A stretch of 63,174 nt of DNA, counting the filler, from Phoronis australis (Eukaryota; Animalia; Phoronida), in the NCBI GenBank assembly GCA_002633005.1. It is 10 parts of 10 records of this genome, joined end to end, with 100 filler letters (N's around TTAATTAATTAA, not from the genome) between each part and the next. Parts side by side here need not be neighbours in the genome. Positions count along the whole stretch, not along the records: positions 6,879 to 26,781 come from NMRA01001436.1; positions 26,882 to 30,220 come from NMRA01003083.1; positions 30,321 to 36,498 come from NMRA01002208.1; positions 36,599 to 40,879 come from NMRA01002635.1; 6 more parts are not named here. One strand, given 5' to 3'. Every line of letters starts with the position of its first letter. Position 1 is the stretch's first letter. Positions 24,085 to 37,002 of this stretch are shown piece after piece. The translations under genes were made by a program, and so were the position numbers. The notes beneath the pieces were generated by a model that made no database searches, was not told the DNA's origin, and saw nothing but the letters and a program-made list of their open reading frames with translations.

Positions 24085-26781
24085 CCGGTTCCAAGCCCCG
24101 CGTTTCATTTGAAAAGGAGGAGGGAAAGTCGAATGGTCGGCGACTAAACCGACAGGCAAGCCTGGTGAGGAGGGTAGTGGATCCCTGCAGGAATAAAAAC
24201 AAGACCTGTCAAAGGGCGGATGATCCCAACAGGGACAACGGCCATCCACAGAACCCCACTGCCTTGTGGGTCAAGTTGGAGAGACTAAAGGCTACAGGAA
24301 GGACACCTGGAATGAAAAACCCGTTGACAACACGCCTAGCCAGCGCGTCTATGGTAGGCTAAAACCCGACTATGATGACCATCTGAAAGTTGTGCAGTCG
24401 ACAGGGAGAAGAACATAATTTCAAACATCAACATAGCTATGTACAACACAAGAACATTAAGAACAGATACTGACATCCAAAACTTACTTAAAGAACTAGA
24501 AAATGTAAAATGGAACATCACTGGTCTCTGCGAAACCAAGAGATCAGGACATGGATTGATGGAAATTCCTGGAGGCATATGGATGTACGAAATCGGAAAA
24601 ACAAAAGAAACACCCAAAGCCAAAGGCATCGCACTTCTGATACACAAAAGGTTCNGTATTACAGATATTGGTTGAACGATGAGTGCACTGTTTTTGGTCA
24701 TCTCAAGTCAAATTCTGTTATAAAGTTTATTATATCAACTTCACTAGCTTTATATTCTGTACAATGAGTCATCAAAGCTGCAGTTACCAACAAAAGAAAA
24801 ATGCAAAGATGATGTGTGGTTTATATTTTGACAACAGGTGTCACTGCTGCTCCATTTTAGACGCACATAGAAAAGCATGAAACAGGCGAAAACTCAAACA
24901 TTTTAAATGGGGATATTCTTGCGGCACATCATATTAATAAGATAATGACATTTATTTTGCTTTTGGTATTTTTAAAAAAAGATGAAGTACATGAAATTAC
25001 AGCTCTGAAACACCAGTTTGGAGTTAAGCAAGGTCCATGTCCCTATATAAAGTACAGAATGGCAATGGCATGTGAGTCTATTGAAAGCAGACACTCTGGC
25101 AACCAACCACGTGCTAATGATTGCCGGGTCTACCAAATAGTTTGAATACTGCAACATTTTAAATACTTTGTATATTTCTTTCCCAGTTGAAAGGGCCAAC
25201 TTTCCGCTTTGATTAACTGTGAGTCTTAGTAATGTTTCAATGTGGGTGTCCAAACTGGAAAATTCTGATTTACAGGGCGTCCAAATGATACATTGGGCGT
25301 CCTTGCCAGGGCATCTACATTAGTGCTAGGGCGTCCATTTGGACGCCCAGGACGTACGCTGCATGAAGGCCTGCCTGGGAAAGCCCAAATGGCCAAATAA
25401 GAAATCAAATTGATTTTATTTTAACTACAGACAAAAATATCGTCATGAACTGTGAAGTGTTAAAAAATGTTAACATTGGAAGTGACCACAGAATGGTTAG
25501 AGCAAAAATAAGAATCAACAAAAGACTACTAAGGCTTAAAAGAATGCAAATACTGAGACCATTCAAGGCAAACACAGAACATATGGAACAATGGAATTTC
25601 AACTGGCACTAAAATCTCAGAAGAAGAGACTCCATCAATAGAAACTCTTAACAAAATCCTAACAGAAGAAATCAAGATCATACATGAGAAAAAAGGAAAG
25701 ACAAGCACAAGTCTATCACCAAAAGACACTAAAATTCATCAGATGGACACAAAAAGAAAAGAACTGTACAAGAAAGACAACAAAACAGAAAAGGAAAGAA
25801 TAGAATACAGTGAACTTAACAAAACAGTGAAAAAAATGAAGAGAAATAGAGCCCGACGAAAGAGAAAAAAGATGATAATGGACACAATTGAAAGAGGAAA
25901 AGGACCAAAAGAAATCTAAAAGCAAGGAAATAAAAAGAAGATATCAAAAATGCGACACTCTAACGGAGAAATAACAAATAACAGAGAAGAAATAGTCAAA
26001 ATATGTGCCGATTTCTACAAGATTTTATATGAGAAAACGATGAATCCACCAGAAAAGATAAGAACCAGGAATCTAGACACAGAACAAGTACCACCTTTCA
26101 CTGAGGAGGGAGTAGAACGTAACCTCAGAAAGATGAAGAAAAGAAAAGCACCAGGAAATGATGATATTACAAGCGATATAATTTCGGCAGGAGGACAAGA
26201 AACTATCAAATACTTGACGAAAGCATTCAATGTAATTCTAAGGACCCGAAACATCCCAGAATGCTGGAAAGAAGCAAAAATAATAATATTATTTAAAAAA
26301 GGAGATCGAAGTGATATAAAGAACTATAGACCCATAAGCTTATTAGCCCATACATACAAACTATTCACAAGTCTACTACAAAATAGAATGGAGAAACAAC
26401 TAGATGAAAATCAACTCCGAGAACAAGCAGGGTTTAGAAAGAGCTACTCAACAACAGACCATCTGCAAGCCCTTGGACGAACAATTGAAAAATGTAACGA
26501 ATTTAACCTGCCACTGTGTGTTGGTTTCATAGACTATGAAAAAGCTTTTGATTCAATTGAACATTTTGGCATCATTGAAGCCCTAAAAACATCAACATAA
26601 ATGAAACATATGTAAAACTGCTGCAAAATATATATATAGATGTCACTGCCAGAATACACATCGACAACCACGTCTCTGGAAGATTCAACATAGAGAGGGG
26701 AGTTCGACAGGGAGACCCAATTTCACCTAAACTGTTTACACTGACAATGGAAGAGATCTTCAAATCTTCAGACCTTCAAAG
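24085..26781 (+). mobile_element. Degenerate RTE-type non-LTR retrotransposon (5' UTR, APE endonuclease, N-terminal RT), antisense within a TMEM59 intron
   Basis: EN motifs INIAMYNTRTL, GLCETK, WESPNG..NQIDFIL and GSDHR. RT motifs KKGD..NYRPISLL, EQAGFR..STTDH, FIDYEKAFDS and RGVRQGDPISPKLF. It has stops and frameshifts, is interrupted at about 24656-25377, and is cut by the contig end. Confidence 0.9.
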
Positions 26782-27936
26782 NNNNNNNNNNNNNNNNNNN
26801 NNNNNNNNNNNNNNNNNNNNNNNNNTTAATTAATTAANNNNNNNNNNNNNNNNNNNNNNNNNNNNNNNNNNNNNNNNNNNNTAAAAACATTCAAAAAACT
26901 GTTTATGAATTATACAAAGGTAATATTCCTCCAAGAAATAGGTGTTTTGTTGAGTTTTGGAGAAAGATGACGCAATTCGGGCGGCTCAATGTCAGTCATT
27001 TGTCCGCTTCCCGGGGCGATGACTCGGGTACCCGGTCATTTTCTGACAAACCGGATTTGAAACAACCCTTTTGGCAAGGATCCTGGAACCGCATCCTTCC
27101 AAAGAGTACCCTCACCCTTAAACGCAATAACTGTTCCCAAGCTGTAACCATGAAAGTGAATCTTGACTTCAGGTTTCACTTTCACTCTAGGAAATTACGG
27201 CTGCATATAAGCCGTGAACCGCGAAGTTTCAGAACGGACGATGTTCCCGCTTTTCCGAGGTGACCGTTTCTCCTTGCACCTGATTTCGTAGCCCAGGTGA
27301 GGATTTCTAACATAAGTTAGTTTAAAACCTTCCAAAGAAATGATTTAAGCAGCACATCTTTTTGGCACCCTAATAGAGTGAAATTTATAAAAGATAACCC
27401 GATAAACCGATAAACGTCAAAATCACATACTAAACGCGTAGCTGCTCGGCGTACTCAGGTCTAAAGAATAACTTTTCACGACACTTTGCTTTACATTCTA
27501 TTTGTAAAACTTCACTGAAGTAAGCAAACGTTCCTACGCCTATGCCTAACTCAATCTTGCTCAGCGTCTGTCTGGGACGGCGACCTATTAAATTGTTTGA
27601 AAAGGAACAAGTTACTCGCAGTCAACAGGGGTTGGCCTATTTCGAGTACAAATAGGTCAATGACTTGATAGATTTTACCTGCATAGTTACAAACACTGAC
27701 AGTCATGTTTTCGGTCATATATTGCATTCAAAGGCGACAGTTGATTGTTCTTTTATCTTACTGACCGCTGAAACTCCTTCAATTAAAGACGTTATCAGTC
27801 TTGATACATCGCCGTGCTCCATTATGGGCCCAACTTGCAGTAATTGGAATGCAGTGCTCTGTCGAACCAGTGCGTAAGTCATGTCTTACGCTGGCTGTCC
27901 CGGTATTCGCTACCGTTTTGTTGTTACGCTACTTAC

Positions 27937-27942
27937 CGCCAT
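27937..27942 (-). CDS. Candidate first coding exon end (ATG GCG followed by gtaagt) of an unidentified gene; 5' UTR extends to about 28230
   Basis: cagtATGGCG|gtaagt has a good Kozak context and a consensus donor. It sits in a CpG-rich region with TTACGTCA followed by a pyrimidine tract at about 28230 on the minus strand. Confidence 0.35.
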
Positions 27943-28740
27943 ACTGAAGAAATTACAGTGTTGCTGTTCGAATTAGTTGGTAGCAACTGGTATTCCGGCA
28001 AAACGATGCTCAGACGTACCGAGCTCTGGGTGTAGTCGCCGACAGCTCTCAGCACGAAGAAGCCCGTATGTTTCGCGTTACCCGGATTGAGGTTGTTTGC
28101 CACAACAAAAGCAAGGGCGTTTCTTACTGGACATTGACTGCACGACTGGACGCCTGTCTCTTCTGACTCACAAATGCAAAATTAAAATATTGAAAGTGAA
28201 CACGCGATGAAGAAAGTAGACGAGAGGAGATATGACGTAATAAGACTTTTAACCGGGCACTTAACACCCGAGACTGACTCATATTCTGTATATGAGTGAT
28301 AGGTCGGCGACGTCCGGGTTCTTCATTAAAATTGAAAAAGCGGTAAAGGGTGATAAACGATCTGTGATGACTGTCGTGGGTACTTTTTAATTAGTCACGG
28401 TAACTTTATTATGGGAGGGCAAAATTATAGGTGGACATTTACTTCAGTGAAAAATTTACCCAAACTTAAGTATTTGATTTCAGGCATGTACGTAGTAGGC
28501 CTACCCGCGGTCAGACTCGACACTGCCCGCGGTCAGTGAACAAAGAAAAGTGCATCAAGTGAACGTACGTCACGTGTAGTGAAAGGTCACAAAAAAATCA
28601 AAGTACCCCGTGTTTGTTCCTCCTTAATTAATTCGTACCGCAGTTGGTTTGCATGGATTCTCCTCGTCTACGACGCACCGCTATTCTTCGAGTCCAGGCC
28701 GTGCAGGAATAGATTAATTCTGTCACCTCCGCGTACTGCA

Positions 28741-29233
28741 TTTTTCAACACGTTCAATTTAATTACCAGTGAGTCTGTTCATGAATATAACACTAGACAA
28801 CGACATCTTCTACAAACTCCCCGTTGTACTTAATCATTTGCTGAAGATTCAGTTCGCAATGCCCTACCTCATATAATTAATAACCTTCCTGAAAGTGTCT
28901 CCCAAAAAATGTTTACCCATTCGTTATCCTCTGTTATAAATTATTTTAAAAATGTTTGTTTTGAAAGTTATGAACTTGAGTGCACTATTCCCCACTGCTT
29001 TGTGTGTAACTATTTTCGATAATCTCTCCTAATCTTTTCACAAGTAGTTTTATATTACATTATCACTTAATTTTTGTAATTCTGATGATCTGTAAAACTG
29101 TATTATTTTTTTTATTCTCTGGTGGCTCCGTGGTCAGCGGACCTCTCGGGTCCTTCACGGAGTCTCCATAAGCGTAAATCTGTATCAAGTGCATTTTTTG
29201 TCTTAACGTGAATAAAAATAAGTGTATTACTAC
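28741..29233 (+). mobile_element. 3' end of an L2/CR1-group (Crack/Daphne-like) LINE
   Basis: Frame from 28741 reads HEYNTRQ...*...IINNLP...THSL..YFK...Y...CTIPHCFVCN, ending at 29022. The 3' UTR has a stem-loop (ctccgtg..ggacc/ggtcc..cacggag), AATAAA and a short TAC/TAT tail. Confidence 0.75.
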
Positions 29234-31069
29234 TATAGAGTCAGCAGTTTTCGCCAAATGTCGTTTCAAATTTCAAAATCCCCCGCTCTGTCCAGTCTTC
29301 GCCATGAGAAATTTTGCCCCTCCCTTCTGTCCTCACAGACTTATCCCGCGGACTGGCTTGAGGTTGGGGCAACGGGTAAAGAGTTTACCGTGTATCAAGT
29401 ACTCATAAGTTCAACTTGAAAATTCACCGAAACATTTTTGCTAGAGTATTTTTCAGATTGTCATGATCATCTATAATTCCTGAAATAAAAACTCACATCT
29501 TAGAAAATCTCACGAGGCTGTCGTAGTACAGTGGCCAAGCCACCCTTAAATTTGAAGTTTTAGTCAATCATCGTGGATACTAAATATAGAGGTAAATAAG
29601 AAATCGTGTAACGCGTGTCAGCGTTTGCAAGTCAACCCGATATAAATACTATGTGCATATACGTGCACATTTCGAGCGTTCTGGTAGATGGAAAGTATTT
29701 TTGTAATCTGTATTTCACAGTAAGAAATTCCCGATACCCCAAGGCATACCTGGAGATACCCGAGAGGCAACCAGTGGCTAGAGAATTGGAAACAGTGTCT
29801 CGTGATGGAGGATAGTGAATATTTGCCCTTGGAAAGCAATAACAAATACTGGCATTCATATAAGTCGATTTTTGTATTTGTTCGTTTTTAAATATATTTT
29901 TACGTTTTCTTGGTTGTGCATGTTTTGATGACGCTGTTTATTTAAAAAAAATGTTCTTTGTTCTCGGCCAGTTTGAAATTTATATCGCGTGAAATCAGTT
30001 GACATTGCTGGATTTATACACTCAGAAAGGGTCGATAGTGCCCCGCTCCTGTACAAGAAGGGATCACCCCTAAGAGGTGCTGCTGTTATTTAAAAACATT
30101 TTGTGAAAAGAATGAGAGTCTATTTTACCACTAGGAACGCCCCTAGCCAAAAGTGGGCTTTTCAGATGAAAGAATTTGAAAAAAAACACCGGCAAGTAAG
30201 AAAAGGGTGTTCATAAATCCNNNNNNNNNNNNNNNNNNNNNNNNNNNNNNNNNNNNNNNNNNNNTTAATTAATTAANNNNNNNNNNNNNNNNNNNNNNNN
30301 NNNNNNNNNNNNNNNNNNNNACTGCATACTATGCAAACTCTTCCTCCCATCTACTATTTTATTCTGGAATAGACTCCCACAACATGTCATCTCATCAGAA
30401 ACAATAGAGACGATCACGAGTGACATCTCAAACATCAACCTTACTCAGTAAACAATAAAGCTTGCTTTTGTCCTGGTACTAACCCGCACTTTGTTTTGTT
30501 GTTATTTTCACAGTTATGCACAGATCACTAACATGTGCCCACATATAAGGATTGCCGTTTCAACCGTTTGTTGAAACCGGAAGAAGATCACAATTAGCCT
30601 TGTCCCTAATGAACGAGAGTGAAGGGGAGTCAACAGGACAGTACAGTGGCTGGGCCATTCCATAACTAGCATTGTGTCGCTATAATAGTCACTGTCAGTC
30701 ACTTTTGAGAAGACAAGCTACGGTAAAAACGGTCCAGTTTGGGACAGTGAGAAATCAATTATGCTCAAGGTGGAAGCTTGTACCAAATTTTAGAAATGAG
30801 CAGTATTAGCTGCTTCAAATTCCAGAATTACGATAAATGACAAACAATTATTCTCCTCAATGCTACACACTTATGATTTTGTGCACTGCCAAGTCTATTT
30901 TCAGACTCCGTTCAAAACGCTATGTCCAAAACTTGAGAAACATGATGGTCAAAATCGCCTTGTTCCAACCTTCAAAATCAAGAAAATTCAACGTCAACAG
31001 GACCAAATTTTAGAAAATCCTAAACTGGAGAATATTTACCATACTCGTCTGAAATTCGAAGACACTTAC

Positions 31070-31153
31070 CTCCGCTCTCTTGAGCATTTCCCATTTGTTG
31101 AGGATTTTCATTGCATACACATTATCAGTGTGTTTTAGCCTCACTACCGCCAC
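31070..31153 (-). CDS. CDC42BPA: MRCK/CDC42BP-family kinase exon ([28 protein letters not shown])
   Basis: ttccag acceptor, gtaagt donor, 84 nt. [15 protein letters not shown] is typical of MRCK kinase subdomain II. Invertebrate gene, so the paralog label is nominal. Confidence 0.9.
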
Positions 31154-33201
31154 CTGGAATTGCAAGAAAAAACATGTGTCACAACGTGGACTCTTCATCA
31201 ACAACGATAACATCCATGCTAAAACACTATGGAGTGGACGCAGCACATGAACATTTGTACGAATGCGCAGTTGGGTAAAGTGAGATACTGGCAATAAAAT
31301 GGGTCAAAAACCAGAAAAATCGTCCAAGTTTTGCTTTGCCTTTGCTTTGACAAATGTGCAAGGACAAAACCTTTCTTGTGACAAATGAATAGAAAGAAAA
31401 CAATATGCCAAACCAAAACAATTGTCTGATACCTGGTGTACTTTCACAGCAAAGCATACTAAAGGGGAAGACATTTGTTTTTAAGGTTACTATTTAGTTT
31501 CGATTTTCTGGTTATGTGGCATAATTTTTTACGTTAAAATTAATTTCCTCAGGATGCAATCAATTCTGCATGCATCACTTCAGATGGTGGTGAAGGAACA
31601 GAGCCGAACGTAAATATCAAGGGAATAGCATTCATCTTTGGAATGTGTTTTGGAGGTACCTTCGTGATTTCTGCGTACATATCCGTTTCATAATCTGACA
31701 GAGCAAAATGTTTTACGCGTATGCGATAATTTTGCACCTCTTTAACCGAGACATGAACAGGAAACGTTGCACTCATCGCTTGAGCGAGCCAACTTTGATG
31801 TACCTAGTCATCCATTGGAAATCTGTGAAAGGGGAGACCTACACTTTTTAACAGCTCACAATCCATGCGTATTCAGCATTTGCGTATTCCGGTTCAAACA
31901 AATAGGTACTTATTTCCAGGTCATGAAACTATCCACCATCATCAAACGATGGCTAAATCCAACTTACATGAGTTCTAATTCAATCTAGGCTTGTCATAGA
32001 ATACATATCGAAGGCAAATATGAACAGTGATTTTCAGAACTGGGACGTGAATGTCACATCCAAAATAATGCACACATAATTAGAGCTCAAGGAAATTAAT
32101 CTAAGTTCAAAAATGGTCTAGAATAACCAGAAAGTCGCGTTTTACTAAAAATAACATTAAAAACGGTTGCCTCCCCTTATAAAGTTTAGATTTTGAGACT
32201 GTTTTGCACTAGAGAAAGTTTAATGAATTTGACACCATGAAGACTGCACATAATTGTCTAGCACAGTGCTAACTTCAACAGTACCGTAGTAGTATCTTGT
32301 AGCACCAAGTGTAACAACATCACAAAGAAACGCACCCCTTTGAATGGCCATCAATAAATAATAAAAAGAATGACCAAAAGTAAATGATCTTTATTAAACA
32401 CAAACGAATGTATAACGGATGGCATGAACAGACACTCACAGAGGGTGGCAACACAGGATTCCTCGAGGCGAGGAAAATCATAGAGCTTCTCCTAACGCAA
32501 TAATGCAAAAGAACTTGCAATGCTGATGTACATAATACTTTCACCATGACAACAGCCATGGGGATAGGCCACTGCCCTAAGAGCACAGTGGGCTAGGCAA
32601 CTTCTATCAATGCTAATGATGGTCACCATTACTTGCTAATTTCAGAATCGATTTGCTAATGAGGTCAAGAGGTCATTGTTGGTTTCCTTTCCTATCCCAA
32701 TTAATTCCTGGGCATGGATTAGACTGGACTGAACTGAACAGCACAGCACACCCAACACCTTCAATGAGTGTTACCAATGTAAAATTGCTTGAAAAGAAAT
32801 CAATTTTTAGTCACTGTGGCCATGGGCACAGTTGAGAATGGCTCGATTATCTTCAAATTCTTACTGGGGAGATTGTGAAGTAAAGAAACTTTAGCCAAAT
32901 GTTCTCATGGCCTTCCAGATAATCCAGACAACTTAACTCAAGAGCAAAATGGCCAACATAAGTCCCAGAACCACATAACAGATTATGAGTCAAGAGTATT
33001 CCTCAATGCTTCCCATATCTCCGAGTAACACCGGAGTGCATCGCCTTTGTGTGGCCAGTTGTCAGTGCTCTGAGAGTTCCACAGCTTTCGATTCACAACA
33101 GCAAGCTAGTTAAACACATGGATGCATAGATTAGAAAAGCATTGGTACCTGGAAATGTGAACAAAAAATGATTGGATGAACAAAAGGTATGTAACACTCA
33201 C

Positions 33202-33293
33202 CTCTCCAAAAGCACCTCGACCAATAATCTTGAGTGTCTCAAAGTCATCTCTCTGCAGTCGCAGCTGCTTGGCTTTCTGTATGATTGGCTTGG
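33202..33293 (-). CDS. CDC42BPA: MRCK/CDC42BP-family kinase exon ([31 protein letters not shown])
   Basis: tatttcag acceptor, gtgagt donor, phase 1-0. It contains the glycine-rich loop GRGAFGE and splices in frame to the next exon. Confidence 0.9.
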
Positions 33294-35253
33294 CTGAAAT
33301 ATAATAACACGAGATTACAATTCATATAATATCAAGCATTTAATGACAATATTCAAGATCAGCTAAAATACCATGAATTTGAAACCAAACTATATTTCTT
33401 TAGTGTCCAAGGGGTGATGTGATGGACAACTAGCACTCAAGAATGCGTATCTTTGCTGGAGAACTTGAACAAACACCAACCACTTTTGCTTGGTCTCACA
33501 TGTTTCAAGAACAAAAATATCACGTGAGGCTATCTGTTAATTGCCAACCAGTGCTCTTAGCAAAAGTTATGATGGTCAAAAATAACAAAACACCAGTTAC
33601 TCCATGTTCAGTTTCTAAATAAAAAACTGTGGAGGCAAAATGACCCAAAAGAATGAGAGGCGATACTATCAAGACACAATGAATAAATTATGATAATTTC
33701 CTTTGTGCCTGTTTGTAATCAGGCAAAGTATTAAGAAGTGTAAACCATGCGGCTTAATAAGTGTCTAATGAACAGCACCCAACCAGGAAATGATATTCTG
33801 TCAAGTGACCCAGGCTGCCCTAGATTGATAGGCCAGGCATCTCCACATGCCCTCATAAGGACAGGAGCAGATGCCAAGGGGAAAAAAATCATCAATCTAT
33901 TTTTTGTAATCTTTGTCTTTGATCAATGTCAATAGTCTCTAGAGCGATTTCACTACAAAGCTTGCACACACAGACAGAAGCAAGACAATTGCCCAATCAA
34001 TCAGCTAAGCCTCATAAAAAGCCTACAGATAATTAGCATCACAGATAACCACACATCTCATCTAAACATAGAAGAATATTTAATCATCACCAGAGAATGA
34101 CTCACACAACATTTACAACTTAATCGGCCTTTAAGATATGGAGAATGTAATCGCTACTGTTTCTGAGACAGAGGATGGACATTTAATACAAAATCTGGTT
34201 CTATTCCTTGAACGTTTTCTGAGAAAGAAACAAACTGTGTTATCGTAACTTATCACCAAACAAATACAGGCACTAGAGTTTTCCCAATACAGGTCAGCCA
34301 GTTTCTACGATAATTCACACACACACAGTTTAGCAAATAAAAGTACTGCCAATATCGACCAGCACTTTAAGACCGAAGGCACCCAAACCTTTACTCTAAC
34401 ATGTAGCCTTATTTGCAATTTAATCCTTTCAGAAACAATATTTGTGATAAAGGAATACCAAACAATTTTCACAGGACAACTTTCACACACTAAACACCAC
34501 CAGAATTCTAAAATGAGGGGAGCAACAAACTCAGGACCAGGCTGGTTTCAGTCAAAGCAAACTCCAGACACTGCTTCATTAAAAGGCCATACCCATAATG
34601 TTGAGAAGTAAATCCATTTACCAACACAGAAAATATCCAGCACTACATGGGAAGGCATTGAGAAGTAACTAAATGTCAATGTCAATCAGAGTGGGAAGGA
34701 GAGAAATACAGGAGGTGCCACTAAACAGTTCAAGCCCAATTTATTCCCATAAAACGACCCAGAATTCCCTGTCATGAAGCCAAATTCATTGCCAGAGTGG
34801 ACTTCCCCCATCTACGAGAGAATGAAGGGAAATTAACAGGAAAGTTATCAAGTTAGCCAAGCCATTCCGTAATTTTGCCCCCATAATAGTAACGGTAAAA
34901 ATTCTTCAGTTTGGTATACAAATTTATCAAAAAAAGTAAATTTCAGCAAAATTTACCTTGCTTCCACCTGGTTTGTATGGCGTAGCTATTACCAAACAAC
35001 ATTTCGTAAAATTATTTTAAGCATTTAGAAGAACATAAGCATCGACCAATATAAACATGGCTATTTCAGCAATTATTTTCCCCCAAACTGAAGAATATTT
35101 ACAGTATTACCAGCCATTATTATGATTACTTTTGTTTTATACTGACTCATTTCCCCAGTTTAGGTGTGGTCTTGGTGGCGGAAGAACCCGTTCAGGGAGC
35201 TGGTGACCACAAATTTGCCTTAGAATGTCATTGTCACAAGACACAAGGTAAAT

Positions 35254-36498
35254 AGGCCTTTTGCGAGTTTATAACAATAACGCGAGATTATGTGAGATTT
35301 AACTGTGACGTCACGGGAAGTGGGGCAAAGCTTGTGGTTTGGTCATTTGCCCAATACGGTAGCAGAGTGTATTCTATTATTGTCTTCGAGTTTTTAGCCG
35401 TTTAGTTCGAAAAATGTCCAAAAAGCATTGCTGTTATGGCAAATGAACTTCAATGCCCAATACGGTAGCAGAGTGTATTCTGTTATTGTCTTTGAGTTTT
35501 TAGCCGTTTAGTTCGAAAAATGTCCAAAAAGCATTGCTGTTATGGCAAATGAACTTCAGATTCGCACTACAATACGTTCTATCGCGTTCTGTACTAATTT
35601 CGTCCCGTGTATTTTAAACGGGCGGTAGGCGAAATCCCCTCACTGATAAAGTTTTCTCCTCGACAAAAATACCTAAAATTAGCACCTAAAAGGCTCTTAC
35701 TTTCTTCAGTGACTCTTTATGCTTCTAAACATATCTTCGATGAAGCATATATACGGGATTCAGGTGACTTTGGCGAAGAATTCCAACTCCACTTTGTGGT
35801 TACTGTTAACTTTGTCCTCGCGCGCGATAACCACAATCAAGTATTTCAACTGAGTCAGTTGAGTATGAGGCAAAGGCTAGCGCGAGATTTGGCGCGTGAC
35901 CTGGCGCGTGACACTTGCAAAATAGCATGAGAAAATTTCAAGTGAAATTTGTAAGATTTGTGTTCCTTGGACTTTTTGTTCGTCAACAGGCGTGATTTCA
36001 CGTAACTTCCTCAAAATGGCGGCTAGTGAGAGAAACTCGAGAGAACCGCGAGGTTTTCATGAATATGCTCAAGTTATTTGTAGACTAAATTGTGTCCAGA
36101 GTTAGGGTATGTGTTAATTATAACTTCATGTGCACATATGCATGTTCCATTTGATTTTATTTGCTGTGAATATCTTTTTATGGGGATACACTATCGCCCC
36201 TGTATGCCTGTGCCTGGCGCCTTTCAGGCCTAGAGCGGATTAAGTTCCAATTTCAGTCCGTTTACAGCTTCGCACAACATAACAAGTTCACATTTTCTTC
36301 GTCCATTCACAGTTATTCCACGACCCATCTACCATATCTTAAGTTGTTTTAACGTTTTAAGCGTAAAATTCACCGTAAGAACTCCAGTAAGTTTTAGCGT
36401 GTGTAGCAAAGACTCGGGGCAAAACAAGAGCAATATGGCGGGTTTTGCCCCCTTTCCTGTGACGTCACAGTGACTAGCGAGAAACTCGCAAGTGAGCT
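35254..36498. mobile_element. Composite, internally deleted ISL2EU/PIF-Harbinger-group DNA transposon relic with convergent THAP-like and SAP-like ORF remnants
   Basis: Left end AT|AGGCCTTTTGCGAGTTT; right ends (reverse complement) AGCTCACTTGCGAGTTT at 36498 and GCTATTTTGCAAGT at about 35926. Subterminal inverted ACTGTGACGTCAC..GGGGCAAA. Plus strand reads MSKKHCCYGK*TSDSHY; minus strand reads TLKQLKIW*MGRGITVNGRRKCELVMLCEA. Confidence 0.6.
35349..35558. repeat. Direct duplication, 2 x about 106 bp, within the transposon relic
   Basis: gcccaatacggtagcagagtg...ggcaaatgaacttca occurs twice with about two substitutions. Confidence 0.9.
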
Positions 36499-36927
36499 NN
36501 NNNNNNNNNNNNNNNNNNNNNNNNNNNNNNNNNNNNNNNNNNTTAATTAATTAANNNNNNNNNNNNNNNNNNNNNNNNNNNNNNNNNNNNNNNNNNNNAC
36601 AAAACTACCATTTTAGTTTCCACAGGTGGTCTAGTGTAAAGTGTATTTCGTTGTCGACAATGTCAGGTTTCCATAAGACACATGCGTTGTTACCCACATA
36701 TGTTCTAACTGTTTAATTGAACAATAGATGCTATTAAGGAATGTAAAAAAGATTTGTGAATTTATTTCATTAATGCCGTTCTCATGTGAAATTTAGTAGA
36801 AGCCAATAGTTTTTCTGCTAAAATTTTAATATGAAAAATTTTTGCACAAGAACATAACTTACCTGTTATTCTGAACTCCAACAAAATTTGTCTGAACTAA
36901 TACTAGAAAATTTTAATATTGACTTAC

Positions 36928-37002
36928 CACGGTTTGTTTGCTCAATAAACAGTAGTATAGTGTCGATGCCTGCCAGTAGGAGCAACGAAAATACCGATAT
37001 TC
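36928..37002 (-). CDS. Possible isolated exon (GISVFSLLLLAGIDTILLFIEQTNR), hydrophobic
   Basis: ttctaactgcag acceptor, gtaagt donor, 75 nt, phase 1-1. No homology recognised. Confidence 0.25.

Noticed and set aside
34585-34720. 5S rRNA-like start ggccatacc
   Set aside because: Similarity is limited to a few terminal bases; internal boxes A and C are absent.
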